From contig JBKCLO010000193.1 in assembly GCA_046300675.1 (NCBI GenBank), positions 3,359 to 67,358 of the forward strand: a stretch of DNA of 64,000 nt. The letters run 5' to 3'. The notes under the pieces were generated by a model, which had not been told where the DNA came from, ran no database searches, and saw only the letters and a list, made by a program, of their open reading frames with translations. Below are positions 16,324 to 28,888 of the stretch, in pieces; position 1 is the first letter of the stretch, and every line of letters starts with the position of its first letter. The stretch is from Ignavibacteria bacterium. Lineage in GTDB: Bacteria; Bacteroidota; Ignavibacteria; Kapaibacteriales; Kapaibacteriaceae. Made by a program: the position numbers and the translations under genes.

Positions 16324-18426
16324 ATGACTTTGCCGATAGAATGTCTTGGAGGACTCTTGCGTTCGAAATCCTTGAGCAAATGGTTGCTCATTCTAGCCCC
16401 GATCGTTGCAGCTGCCATTCTCTTGTGGCCAACGATCAACTATTCTATGCTCACCTCGGAGCGTAGTGAACTTGCTGCAGACACAACTCTGGCGGGCCGT
16501 ATAGCGCTTGCCAAGTGGGACAGCGCCAATGCCGAAGACATGGCAAGTGCCCGCGCGGGACGCCTGAAATTGGGCCTTGACCTGCGTGGCGGCACATACA
16601 TGACCCTAGAAGTTGATGTCCTGAAGCTGATCGAGTCTTCGGCCGATGCCCAGGCCATTGATGATGACTTTAAAGCCATCATCGAGAAGACACGTCAGCA
16701 AACAGACAATACCGACCTCGATGTCCTGACGGTGTTCCTTGAGAACTTCCGCGCCAAGGGCAAGAGTCTGATCAACTACTTCCCAGCGAACCCGCTCACG
16801 GAAGAAGCTGTTCAAAACAAACTCCGTCGCGATGCAGACGAAGCTGTTGAGCAGGCACAGATCGTTCTCTCCCAGCGTATCAATAAGTTCAATGTCTCGG
16901 AAGTCAACATCACGAAGAAGGGGACACGCCGCTTGGTGATCGAAATGCCTGACGAGCAGGACACGCTTCAGATGCGTAAGCTTCTCTCGCAGACAGCTCG
17001 TCTTGAATTCAAGCGTGTGATGATGGACGGTTCCATGATCAAGGCCATGTATGGCATCGATCAGGCTGTGAAGAATCTTCGCCTTGGAATCGCCGCAGCT
17101 CCTGCCGATTCGGTTGCTGATACAACAGCAGTAGACTCAACAGCCACAGCCGCCAAGGCAGATACAGCCAAGACAGACACTGCTAAGGTTGCCGCAGACA
17201 CTGGCAAGAAGGGTCCACAAGACCCTTACAAGGGGCTAAGCGACGACGAAAAGGTTCGTCGCATCAAGGCAGACTTCCCATTCACGTACATGGTCTTCGG
17301 TAGCGTTGCCGCCAACGAAGAATCACAGCCGCAGAGCTTCGACCTGGTAGGACTTAAGCTGAACAACGTTAAGCCAGATGATCTTCCGAAGACGGGAATC
17401 TTCAGCTTCCGCATTCCAGCCGAAAAGGTTGACGAGTTCACGTCGATCCTCAATGATCCGCGCGTACGTGCCTCTATCCCGGGCAATCTTGACATTCTGC
17501 TCTCGGCCACGGGCAACGTAACCAAGAAGGGTGTCAAGCCAGACTATTATGAAGTCTACGGTGTGGCTCGCGAAGCAGACCTTATGGGAGACGTTATCCA
17601 GGATGCGTATCCAAGCTTTGACAACACCAACAAGCCTGTTGTGATGATGTCGATGAACGACGAAGGCGGCGAAGCGTGGTCAAAGATCACCGGGGCCAAC
17701 ATCGGCAAGCGTATCGCAGTTGTACTTGACGACCGTGTATGGTCGGCCCCAACAGTACAGAACAAAATCTCGAATGGTTCTTCACAGATCTCTGGTGCTT
17801 TTGCTCCGGAGGATGCAAATCGTCTTGCAGTTGTGCTCAAAGCCGGAGCTTTGAAGGCACCAGTAAAGATCATCGAAGAGCGCGTTGTAGGTCCATCGCT
17901 TGGTGAAGACTCCATCAATCGCGGTCTAACCAGCTCTGCGATCTCGTTTGCACTGATCATCGTGTTCATGCTTGCCTACTATGCAGTTGGCGGAGCAATT
18001 GCCGATGTTGCGTTGGTGATGAACGGACTTCTGGTTGTTGCCGGTTTGGCAGCCTTTGGAGGTACGCTCACGCTTCCTGGTATCGCGGCCCTTATTCTTT
18101 CTACCGCCATGGCTGTCGATGCGAACATCCTGATCTTCGAGCGTATGCGCGAAGAAATGTATGCAGGTAAGACACTCAAAACAGCAGTAGAGCAGGGCTT
18201 TAACAGAGCTTGGAGCGCCATTCTTGACTCTAACCTCACGAACATCATCGGCGCTATTCCGCTCATGATCTGGGGTTCGGGTCCGATCAAGGGATTCGCC
18301 ATCACCTTGCTTGTTGGCGCAGTCGTCACGCTGTTCACCGCTGTTGTTGTAACACGAGCGATGTTCCAGATACTTATCATGAGTGGCGCAACAACACTCA
18401 ACATTGGACAGAAGAGGACGGTGTAA
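16324..18426 (+). CDS. secD: protein translocase subunit SecD
   Basis: N-terminal TM helix (LSKWLLILAPIVAAAILLWP), a large periplasmic domain, and a C-terminal 6-TM block GPSLGEDSINRGLTSSAISFALIIVFMLAYY.... secF follows 1 nt later. Start set to ATG 16324 to avoid overlapping trmB. Confidence 0.9.
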   Translation: MTLPIECLGGLLRSKSLSKWLLILAPIVAAAILLWPTINYSMLTSERSELAADTTLAGRIALAKWDSANAEDMASARAGRLKLGLDLRGGTYMTLEVDVLKLIESSADAQAIDDDFKAIIEKTRQQTDNTDLDVLTVFLENFRAKGKSLINYFPANPLTEEAVQNKLRRDADEAVEQAQIVLSQRINKFNVSEVNITKKGTRRLVIEMPDEQDTLQMRKLLSQTARLEFKRVMMDGSMIKAMYGIDQAVKNLRLGIAAAPADSVADTTAVDSTATAAKADTAKTDTAKVAADTGKKGPQDPYKGLSDDEKVRRIKADFPFTYMVFGSVAANEESQPQSFDLVGLKLNNVKPDDLPKTGIFSFRIPAEKVDEFTSILNDPRVRASIPGNLDILLSATGNVTKKGVKPDYYEVYGVAREADLMGDVIQDAYPSFDNTNKPVVMMSMNDEGGEAWSKITGANIGKRIAVVLDDRVWSAPTVQNKISNGSSQISGAFAPEDANRLAVVLKAGALKAPVKIIEERVVGPSLGEDSINRGLTSSAISFALIIVFMLAYYAVGGAIADVALVMNGLLVVAGLAAFGGTLTLPGIAALILSTAMAVDANILIFERMREEMYAGKTLKTAVEQGFNRAWSAILDSNLTNIIGAIPLMIWGSGPIKGFAITLLVGAVVTLFTAVVVTRAMFQILIMSGATTLNIGQKRTV

Positions 18427-18427
18427 C

Positions 18428-20690
<2,263 letters not shown>

Positions 20691-20736
20691 GCCCTGAAAC
20701 TTCACTGTAGTTTTCCTATGTTAGCCCCGTGCAAAT

Positions 20737-23700
20737 ATGACGCGGCTAGCTACCATCATTGCCTTCATTATCCTTGCGGCAACAGCCTCGGGGCAGACTG
20801 CGCAGCGTTGGCAGAAAGTAGCCCTTCCAAGCCCCTACAGCACAGGCTACTACCTCGATATTTTCTTTCTACCGGGCAATCCGAACTATGGTTGGGCTTG
20901 CGATCAAAACGGTGGCTATGTAGTCCGCACCACGGATGGTGGTTCTACATGGCAGGGAACAAAGGTCGATCCAGCACTTGGAGCATGCCATCTTGAATAC
21001 ATTCAGTTTCTGGATCAAAACGTTGGTTACTGCTCTGGTCCGTGCGGCATGTATAAATCCGTGGACGGCGGTAAGACGTGGGCAAGTATCAAGCCGTCCG
21101 GCTCGACGAATGTTTGGGGCGGCTGGTTCAAGAATGTAAACGAAGGCTGGTTCGTAGGGGGCGGGTGCGGAACAAGCACGTTCCTTCGTACGGTAGACGG
21201 TGGAACGACATTCACAACATCTACCCACCCCGAGCCCCGTTCTGTGATGTCCGATCCCTATTGGGATGCGTCAATGCCTGCCAATACGGTCTATGCAGTT
21301 GGCAGCGGCACATTGTTCCGATCGCAGGACAATGGAGCTACATGGAACGTTCTGAACTATACTGGCACAAATAATCCGTGGCACGAAGAGCTTGCAATGA
21401 TTGGCAATGCTGTTTTGGTTCCGAACTCCGGAGCAAGGTGCAGCTCGCCCCCTGGTCCAACAGATGGGATGCGCTTTAGCACAGACCTTGGCGCAACGTG
21501 GCGGGATTTCTCGACTGGCGAGGACATGTTCGGAACATTTCTGCACGATGCTCAGCGTGGTTGGGCCGCAGGGTGGAATGAGTCTGTCTATTACACTTCG
21601 AACGCAGGACAAACCTGGCAGAAGAGGTCTTGTGGGTTGGATGGGGCTGGAACAGACGACATTTTCTTTATCGACGATAACAATGGCTGGGTCGTTGGTG
21701 CAGGCATCTTTCGCACAGCAAAGGCACTGCGCACCCAAACCGACACACTATTGAAGTATACGGGCGTGTGTCCCGACAGTTCAGCCCGCGATACGGTGCG
21801 ATTCCGCAATAGAAACTGGTTTAGCTCTCCATGGTCTGTTGTAATAAACGGCACCGATGCATCGCAGTTTCGCATTGTCAATACTCCGATTGCCGCATCG
21901 ATCTCCTCGTGTGATTCACTTGGTGTGATCGTCGAGTACAAGCCCAACGCGCAGGGACCGCATTATGCAACGCTGGTTGCAACATTTCAGAATCCCGATA
22001 CGATGCTCATTGTCGAGTTGCAGGGAAGCGGACGTCAGCGTGTTGCATTTCCAGTAGACTCTGTTCTCTCTTTCAGCGCGCCGGTTGGCGTTGCAACCTC
22101 GAGAACGTCTGTGTGGCGCTCATCTTCAAGTGTAAACCTTGAGTCTATCGTCAGCATTACCCGCATCAGTGGGGATACATCGATCACACTCACAGTGGGG
22201 CAGACACCTGCACTGGTGCGCACAGAAGGCACACTTACGTATGCCACGGCCAACCCTAAAGACACTGGCTGGATACAGGCCAAGTTTCGCGTGCGCCTTG
22301 GTCCTTGTACGCGGGATACGATCATAACGGTGCGTGTCTACGGACAGTCTCCGATCTTCACGTCAGTTCCTACGGCATACGTAGAGACGGGTTGCGGCAT
22401 GAGCGATACGATCAGAATTCCTGTGCTCAATACGGGCAATGTTCAGCTTAACATCAGTGCCATCACAATCGACGTTAACGCATCGACGGCATTTACGTTT
22501 GTTGGTCTTTCGAGCGGACGAAAGGGTCCACCATGGGTTGTCCCTGTTAAAGCCCGCGACACCCTCTTGGTTGTATACCGAAGCGGTACAGGCAGAGACA
22601 ACACGTCGTTAACAATCCAGCACGACGACCTAACGACTGCGCGTGGTTCAAAGAACCCATGGACGATTGTTCTGCGCGGCGTTACGGATCAGCCATCAGT
22701 CACAATCGCTCCGCGTCTGATAGACGTAGGCTCGATATGTCAAGGGGCTATCATAGAACGCAACATCAATGTCACGAATGTTGGTTCGAAGATCGTAGAC
22801 GCAACGGCCTGGACGAACTCCAAGAACATATCTGGAATCCAACAGGGCACGATGTCCATTGCGCCAACGCAGGTGCGGCAGATTCCGATCACATACACGG
22901 CATCAACACTCGGACCCTTTACCGATACAGTATACATCCGTATAGCCCCCTGCGACTCTACATACACGGTGATCGTTCGAGGAACGGTAGAAAACATCGA
23001 AGTGTCGATCACGCCATCACGCATTGCAGACTCTGCTGATGTTGGCGTGCCGCTTAGTGGACGCTGCGTGATACGTCTGCTTACGGGAGACAGTGCGATG
23101 ATATCGGCCATTCGCATTTCGCCTCTGCCACAGACACTTACGTACATGTTACCTACACTGCCGAAGCGGCTGCGTAAGGGAGACAGTATTGTCGTAGATC
23201 TGAATTGGAATTCACCGGCTCCGACAACGTATGCGGGTACCATTGAAGTAACAGCTACGACTACGTGTACATCTCGTCAGAGCTCCCAGATATACTTCCG
23301 TGCGTTGAATGCAGACGTCGGTGTTGGGCCTGCCGCGCTCAATTGGCTGCTCGAATGCAAGCCATTGGAGTCTGTAAAAAAGGTCAATGTCGAAGTGCGC
23401 GGCAACCGCCCGGTACGGGTCTTTTCCGCCACAATTGTAGAGCAAGGCACGCCATTTCGTGTGATTGGTCCGCCAACGCCATTTGTTGTCGATCCCGGCA
23501 AGCCGATTGCCATCGACGTGGCATACACTCCAAGTGCTTTCGGCCGATCAACGGCAACCATGCTGGTTGATACAGACGTCGATGGCGGGGATGCGACCGT
23601 TGCTCTCGAGGGCGTGCTTGACAACGTGGAGCTGGTAGTAACGCCAAAGACGATCGATGGCGGCTCTGTTCTATCGTGCTCACCTGTTATCCGCAAGGAG

Positions 23701-24981
23701 TTCACGATCCAAAACAATGGTAGTGTCTCGACGGTTGTCGACATCAGTGATGCACGAGCCCCTTTAGGCTTCTTTGTTACACCTAAGACAGTAAACCTTG
23801 GTCCGGGCGGCAAGGCAACGATCTACGTTGACATGCAGCCTTCGCTTCTGCCGGTAAACAAGATCAGCTACGGACAGTTCATCATCCAGGATAGGCTTTG
23901 CAGTGACGTAGACACGGTTACGGCAATGATTGAAATCGGTGAAACGCCCAAGGTCGTGGTTACACCAGACCCGCTTACGGTGCCAGAGATCCTCAAGGGT
24001 ACAACCATTTCGGGTAAGCTAACAGTTAGCAATCCGTCGATGAACGACATGTTCATTCGTAACGTGCGTATCCAGCAGGTGCGTCCGCACTGGACATTGC
24101 TAACTCCGATCATGGGCAGAACCATCGCGAGTGGCGAATCAATAGAGGTAGACGCAGAGTATGCCCCTGTTGTGCCTGGGTTAGATACAGCGCTTGTTTA
24201 CATCGATGCCCAGGTGGTCAACGGTCCAACCTGCACCAGTACCGCAACAACAGGCCTTGTTGGCTCTGCCCGATCTCCACGTGTTCCAGTTACCTACGAC
24301 GTCAAGCTTCGTGTTGATGAATACAATGAGGCCCCCGAGGCCATCGTTGCTATTCCGGTGCATCTCGACAGCGATGTAAAGGATGCCCAGCTTGATAGTT
24401 TGAAATGGACCGTGGCTTTTACAGAGATCAACCTTACAGTTGACTCAATCCTGCAAGGCAATGCTCCCGATAGCCGTATCGTTGCCAGAGCGCAACCCTC
24501 CTATGTAGAGTTTACTGCCTACCCGACTGGGCAACAGTTTGGACGTCCCGGTGTACTTGGGGTTATCTATGTAACTGCTCATGCTGCTATTCCCGACAGC
24601 ACGCCATTGGACATCAAGAGCATGTTTGCAACTGCCTACGAGCCATTGACATTCACAGACGACGACGGATATCTTGTTGTTGATGCATGTGGCCCTCGTT
24701 TCTGGCTCGACTTTACGCAACGGCCGGTATTCCGACTTGTTCCGCCATTTCCTGCTGCTGATGTGTTGCGCGTTGGTGCACTTTGTCAGGCCGGCGATAA
24801 AGCCAGTGTAGAAGTCGCCAACGGACTAGGTCAGGTTGTGCTTAGTCAGACGTACACCTTGCCTGCCGGCTCAAGCGTGGTTACGCTCAATACAAGCGGG
24901 CTTCCTAACGGCATGTACATCGTGCATGTGATGTCGCAATCAGGCGTGGCCTTTACCGCGACGGTGCCACTGAGTCGTTGA
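20737..24981 (+). CDS. 1414-aa secreted protein: N-terminal BNR/Ycf48-like beta-propeller, a string of Ig-like (choice-of-anchor-D/ASH-like) domains, and a T9SS C-terminal sorting domain
   Basis: Signal peptide MTRLATIIAFIILAATASGQ. Six SxDxGxTW-type BNR motifs (TTDGGSTWQ, SVDGGKTWA, TVDGGTTFT, SQDNGATWN, STDLGATWR, SNAGQTWQ). Repeated units of about 100 aa follow. C-terminus ...LPNGMYIVHVMSQSGVAFTATVPLSR. Confidence 0.75.
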   Translation: MTRLATIIAFIILAATASGQTAQRWQKVALPSPYSTGYYLDIFFLPGNPNYGWACDQNGGYVVRTTDGGSTWQGTKVDPALGACHLEYIQFLDQNVGYCSGPCGMYKSVDGGKTWASIKPSGSTNVWGGWFKNVNEGWFVGGGCGTSTFLRTVDGGTTFTTSTHPEPRSVMSDPYWDASMPANTVYAVGSGTLFRSQDNGATWNVLNYTGTNNPWHEELAMIGNAVLVPNSGARCSSPPGPTDGMRFSTDLGATWRDFSTGEDMFGTFLHDAQRGWAAGWNESVYYTSNAGQTWQKRSCGLDGAGTDDIFFIDDNNGWVVGAGIFRTAKALRTQTDTLLKYTGVCPDSSARDTVRFRNRNWFSSPWSVVINGTDASQFRIVNTPIAASISSCDSLGVIVEYKPNAQGPHYATLVATFQNPDTMLIVELQGSGRQRVAFPVDSVLSFSAPVGVATSRTSVWRSSSSVNLESIVSITRISGDTSITLTVGQTPALVRTEGTLTYATANPKDTGWIQAKFRVRLGPCTRDTIITVRVYGQSPIFTSVPTAYVETGCGMSDTIRIPVLNTGNVQLNISAITIDVNASTAFTFVGLSSGRKGPPWVVPVKARDTLLVVYRSGTGRDNTSLTIQHDDLTTARGSKNPWTIVLRGVTDQPSVTIAPRLIDVGSICQGAIIERNINVTNVGSKIVDATAWTNSKNISGIQQGTMSIAPTQVRQIPITYTASTLGPFTDTVYIRIAPCDSTYTVIVRGTVENIEVSITPSRIADSADVGVPLSGRCVIRLLTGDSAMISAIRISPLPQTLTYMLPTLPKRLRKGDSIVVDLNWNSPAPTTYAGTIEVTATTTCTSRQSSQIYFRALNADVGVGPAALNWLLECKPLESVKKVNVEVRGNRPVRVFSATIVEQGTPFRVIGPPTPFVVDPGKPIAIDVAYTPSAFGRSTATMLVDTDVDGGDATVALEGVLDNVELVVTPKTIDGGSVLSCSPVIRKEFTIQNNGSVSTVVDISDARAPLGFFVTPKTVNLGPGGKATIYVDMQPSLLPVNKISYGQFIIQDRLCSDVDTVTAMIEIGETPKVVVTPDPLTVPEILKGTTISGKLTVSNPSMNDMFIRNVRIQQVRPHWTLLTPIMGRTIASGESIEVDAEYAPVVPGLDTALVYIDAQVVNGPTCTSTATTGLVGSARSPRVPVTYDVKLRVDEYNEAPEAIVAIPVHLDSDVKDAQLDSLKWTVAFTEINLTVDSILQGNAPDSRIVARAQPSYVEFTAYPTGQQFGRPGVLGVIYVTAHAAIPDSTPLDIKSMFATAYEPLTFTDDDGYLVVDACGPRFWLDFTQRPVFRLVPPFPAADVLRVGALCQAGDKASVEVANGLGQVVLSQTYTLPAGSSVVTLNTSGLPNGMYIVHVMSQSGVAFTATVPLSR

Positions 24982-26017
24982 TTGTGCCGAAGAGTTTGGT
25001 AAGGCACTTGCGAACGGCTGTCTTCAGCTCATCTTTGCTGTCGGCCTGCAGCACTGCTTCGGCCCTAGCTATCTGCCGCAGCTTGAAATCCTGCTGGATC
25101 TGTTGATAGTTCAGCGTAAGTACTGCGCCGCTCCGAACTCTTTCTACTGTTCCTGTAATGATGTGTGATATCTCGAATGCAGAGAGGATCTTTAGTTCTG
25201 CTGCGGTAGTTGGATTGTAATTCTCGATCATGTATAAACGCGCCTTTGCGAAGATCGAATCTCGCGTATCCAAGTCGATCATGACAAGGTCCTTCGTATC
25301 CCGAAGAGCCTCTACGATGATCTGTGCGGCATCGAAGGAAGCACTTATCTTCTCCTTGAACAGCGACCACGGCAGGAGTCCACTCGGTGTTTCACGAAAG
25401 TGAATGCCGCCCACCACAGCAAGATCTGCTGGCTGAACACGCAGTATGGGGCTAGCAGAGCTATACAGCGTTGAATCCTGCAACGCCATGCACACGGCAC
25501 GTTGGATAGAGCTCAGAATAGCTGGATCAACGATCATCTGCTTTGTGCTGTCCTCTTCGATCGTGGTTGTACCGTATCCAATACCGCTCAGGTTAAGCAC
25601 AAATCCATCGCCGCCCAGGATCACTACTTCCGATCGGACGAGTTTGCCGATGCGACCAACATTGCAGAAGACGATCAGCTCGGCCTTGATGTAGTCTGCC
25701 GCCATCAGAACTGACAACGTATCGCGGCGCGATCGAAGCAGAGAGTCGCGAACATCGTTTGGAATCACAGCATACTTGCCGGTTTCACCAAGTGCGATCG
25801 AGAGTCCGGTTTCGATCTTTTTTGCAGTCACGAACACGTCTGACGTGTCGAACTGCAAGCCCCCTACCATTACCTGCTGCACCTGAGCACGTGCAGAGAC
25901 CAATGTTACGAGAAGGAAACATAGGGCGGCCCAGTGTTTCCCGTTCGTAACACGCTGTTTACATGCACCTAACAGCCCTAGAATAGTTTCGCCCTCGTTC
26001 GTTCGGTTCTCGTTCAC
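24953..26017 (-). CDS. hypothetical secreted protein with two related alpha/beta modules (TolB-N/LpoB/CsgG-like pattern)
   Basis: Hydrophobic signal segment KHWAALCFLLVTLVSARAQ. Two similar halves: VMVGGLQF...AVIPNDVRDSLL versus LAVVGGIHF...VMIDLDTRDSIF. No family assigned. The 3' end overlaps the convergent 1414-aa gene by 29 nt. Confidence 0.5.
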   Translation of the reverse strand: MNENRTNEGETILGLLGACKQRVTNGKHWAALCFLLVTLVSARAQVQQVMVGGLQFDTSDVFVTAKKIETGLSIALGETGKYAVIPNDVRDSLLRSRRDTLSVLMAADYIKAELIVFCNVGRIGKLVRSEVVILGGDGFVLNLSGIGYGTTTIEEDSTKQMIVDPAILSSIQRAVCMALQDSTLYSSASPILRVQPADLAVVGGIHFRETPSGLLPWSLFKEKISASFDAAQIIVEALRDTKDLVMIDLDTRDSIFAKARLYMIENYNPTTAAELKILSAFEISHIITGTVERVRSGAVLTLNYQQIQQDFKLRQIARAEAVLQADSKDELKTAVRKCLTKLFGTINDSVAPSR

Positions 26018-26037
26018 TGTTGGTCTTTAACGCAATT

Positions 26038-28866
26038 ATGAAACACATCATGTTCTTCATAGCCCTGTGCATGAGCGCTACCATTGCGCTTGCACAAACG
26101 GGCACAATCGAAGGCAAAGTTACTGATGCAGAGTCGGGAGAACTTCTGCGCGGTGCAACAATAAGCCTGACAGCACTAAAAAAGGGTGCTTACTCCGATA
26201 CCAAAGGTACGTATCGGCTCAAGAAAGTTCCTGAAGGAACATACTCAATCAAGGTTTCCTACGTTGGATATCAGACCACAACATTCGATGGTCTTGTTGT
26301 AAAGCCAGATGCGGTAACAACATTTAACGTTGTTCTCTCGGCATCCAAGGAACTTGGTAAAGAAGTTGTAGTAGAGGCGGCCAAGGTGTCCGATAACGCG
26401 GGTGCTCTTTTGACGGCTCGCAAGAATGCTGCGCAGGTAAGCGATGGTATCGGACGCGAAGAGATCTCGAAGATGCCTGACAGTGATGCCGGACAGTCGC
26501 TTAAGCGCGTCTCAGGTGTAACGCTGGTTGAAGGAAAGTTCATCTACGTCCGTGGAGTGAGCGATCGCTACAGCAATACCACGCTTAACGGAGCAGCACT
26601 AACTTCGACAGAGCCAGATAAGAAGGCCTTTGCCTTCGACATGTTCCCAAGCGAGCTGCTCGAAAATGCCAACATTCTGAAGTCCTTCACGCCAGATCTG
26701 CCAGGCAACTTCGCTGGTGGACTCGTTCAACTGAACACGATTGACTTCCCTAGCAAAAGGGGCGTTAAGGTCTCGGCCTCGCAGGGTTACAACAACTATG
26801 TAACATTTAAGAACGGCGGCTATTACGCATCGGCAGGGGCCAGTGGTGATGCCTTTGCAATGGGGGCCTCATCCCGCAACATGCCTGCAGCAGTTCCATC
26901 AGACAGATTGGGAATGAATCAACTGCTTCGTGATGTGCGCGCAGGTAATCAAGATGCCATTGCTCGACTCGATGGCATAGGCAAGTCGTTCAATAACAAC
27001 TTGTGGAATACCAGCAGCGAGACAGTTACTCCGAACGGCAGTATGTCGGTAACATACTCCGATGTGATCACGCTTGAGAATGAAGATGAGATAGGTATCG
27101 TTGCTTCAGGCAACTATGGCAACTCATGGCAGAATAATGAGATCATTCGTGGTGGCATTCTCTCAAACCCGAATGACTACCTGTTCCGATACACAGGTGT
27201 ACAGTCTTCGCGCAGCACATCATTTGGCGGACTCTTCAACGCAGCCTATCGTATTGGCTCAAATTCGCGTCTTGGCTTTAAGAACACATACAACCGCACG
27301 GCAGACTTCGACAATGTGCACCTAACAGGAGAGAACTTCACGCAGTCGCAATCACAACGACTGTTCTCCTTCCAGTATGTTGAGAAGTCGCTCTACAGTG
27401 GCACAGTCTCTGGAGAGCACACCATAACAAATTTCTCCAACGCTCTTGTTGACTGGCGCGTTGGCTATTCGCGTTCAACACGGGACGAGCCGGACTTCAA
27501 GCGCCTGCAGTTTCTGCGCAACAGCTCCGATGTAGGCCAACCATACTTCGCAGCCTTTGATCTATCGCCACAAGGGGCTGGTTCGCGTGCCGGACGTTTC
27601 TTCTCTGGTCTTGTTGATAATGCTGTGACCTCAGGCATCAACATTTCGGTTCCAGTAACAACGGAGATCAAAGTCAAGGTTGGTGGACTGCTCGAGAATA
27701 GATCTCGTCGCTTCAATGCGCGCTCACTAACCATCGTGCAGGGCGTTGAAAACGACATATCCGACAAGCTTACCGTGCCAGACAACAATCAGCTCCCCAA
27801 TCTCGGTGTGTTCTTTGCCGACTCTAACTATAGTGTAGAGAAGGGGCGCCTTAGCTACTCGGAAGATTCAAAGCTTAGCGATCAATATGATGCGCAAGAG
27901 CATTTGTTAGCAGGTTACGCGATGATCGATCTTCCATTTACAATCGCTGGAATGGAAAGTCGCATCATCACGGGCGCACGTATCGAAAAGAATGTACAGC
28001 GCCTGAATTCATTCGATGTAACAGATAATCGCGTCTACGTAGACCAGGATCTGGTAGATATTCTGCCAGCGATCAACTGGATCCTTCGTCCTGTTAAAGA
28101 CTTTAACATTCGGGCATCTGCGTCACAAACACTTGCGCGTCCATCACTGCGTGAGTTTGCCCCCTTCCAATTCTACGATTTCCAGCAGCAGGCCACAATC
28201 GCCGGCAATCCCAAGTTAATCCGCTCGCTTATTCAGAACTACGACCTTCGCCTTGAGTACTTCACAGGTGCAGGCGAAGTGCTTTCGGTTAGTGGCTTCT
28301 ACAAGCGTTTCGACAACGCAATCGAAGAAACACTCTTCCCGCAGCAGTCTGAGATAGTTCGTTCATTTGCAAACGCCAACGGAACTGCCGATAACATCGG
28401 CGTGGAATTCGAGATACGAAAGAACCTCGGCACCATGGCAGAATGGCTAATGCCGTTTACGGTCTCTCTTAACACATCGATTGTGGATTCCCGCATCGTG
28501 GTTGAGCAGGCTGGCGTAAAGGATACACGCTCGATGTGGGGCCAGAGCCCATACTCGGTAAACGCTTCGCTGTATTACAGCAACGTCGAGTCGGGTACCA
28601 ATGTAAGTGTTGCCTACAACACATACGGACGCCGCATCATCCAGGTTAATCTGGTTGGCGTTTTCCAAGGCAACCCACATGTGTATGAGCTGCCACGAGA
28701 TGTGATCGACTTCTCAATCCAACAAACAGTAGGTCAGTCGCTGGAGCTCAAGGTCAGTATCCGTGACCTTCTCAACCAGCCATTGAAGTGGGAGCAAAAC
28801 GGAGCTCTCATCCAATCAAACATCCGCGGCATGAGCATGTCTCTAGGCCTTGGCTACAGAATCTAG
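26038..28866 (+). CDS. TonB-dependent receptor with N-terminal CarboxypepD_reg-like domain
   Basis: Signal peptide MKHIMFFIALCMSATIALAQ from ATG 26038. GTIEGKVTD...GTYSIKVSYVGYQ (CarboxypepD_reg). Plug region IYVRGVSDRYSNTTLNGAALTSTEPDKKAFAFDMFP. A long beta-barrel follows. Confidence 0.85.
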   Translation: MKHIMFFIALCMSATIALAQTGTIEGKVTDAESGELLRGATISLTALKKGAYSDTKGTYRLKKVPEGTYSIKVSYVGYQTTTFDGLVVKPDAVTTFNVVLSASKELGKEVVVEAAKVSDNAGALLTARKNAAQVSDGIGREEISKMPDSDAGQSLKRVSGVTLVEGKFIYVRGVSDRYSNTTLNGAALTSTEPDKKAFAFDMFPSELLENANILKSFTPDLPGNFAGGLVQLNTIDFPSKRGVKVSASQGYNNYVTFKNGGYYASAGASGDAFAMGASSRNMPAAVPSDRLGMNQLLRDVRAGNQDAIARLDGIGKSFNNNLWNTSSETVTPNGSMSVTYSDVITLENEDEIGIVASGNYGNSWQNNEIIRGGILSNPNDYLFRYTGVQSSRSTSFGGLFNAAYRIGSNSRLGFKNTYNRTADFDNVHLTGENFTQSQSQRLFSFQYVEKSLYSGTVSGEHTITNFSNALVDWRVGYSRSTRDEPDFKRLQFLRNSSDVGQPYFAAFDLSPQGAGSRAGRFFSGLVDNAVTSGINISVPVTTEIKVKVGGLLENRSRRFNARSLTIVQGVENDISDKLTVPDNNQLPNLGVFFADSNYSVEKGRLSYSEDSKLSDQYDAQEHLLAGYAMIDLPFTIAGMESRIITGARIEKNVQRLNSFDVTDNRVYVDQDLVDILPAINWILRPVKDFNIRASASQTLARPSLREFAPFQFYDFQQQATIAGNPKLIRSLIQNYDLRLEYFTGAGEVLSVSGFYKRFDNAIEETLFPQQSEIVRSFANANGTADNIGVEFEIRKNLGTMAEWLMPFTVSLNTSIVDSRIVVEQAGVKDTRSMWGQSPYSVNASLYYSNVESGTNVSVAYNTYGRRIIQVNLVGVFQGNPHVYELPRDVIDFSIQQTVGQSLELKVSIRDLLNQPLKWEQNGALIQSNIRGMSMSLGLGYRI

Positions 28867-28888
28867 CATTTATCATCGTTCCTCTCAC

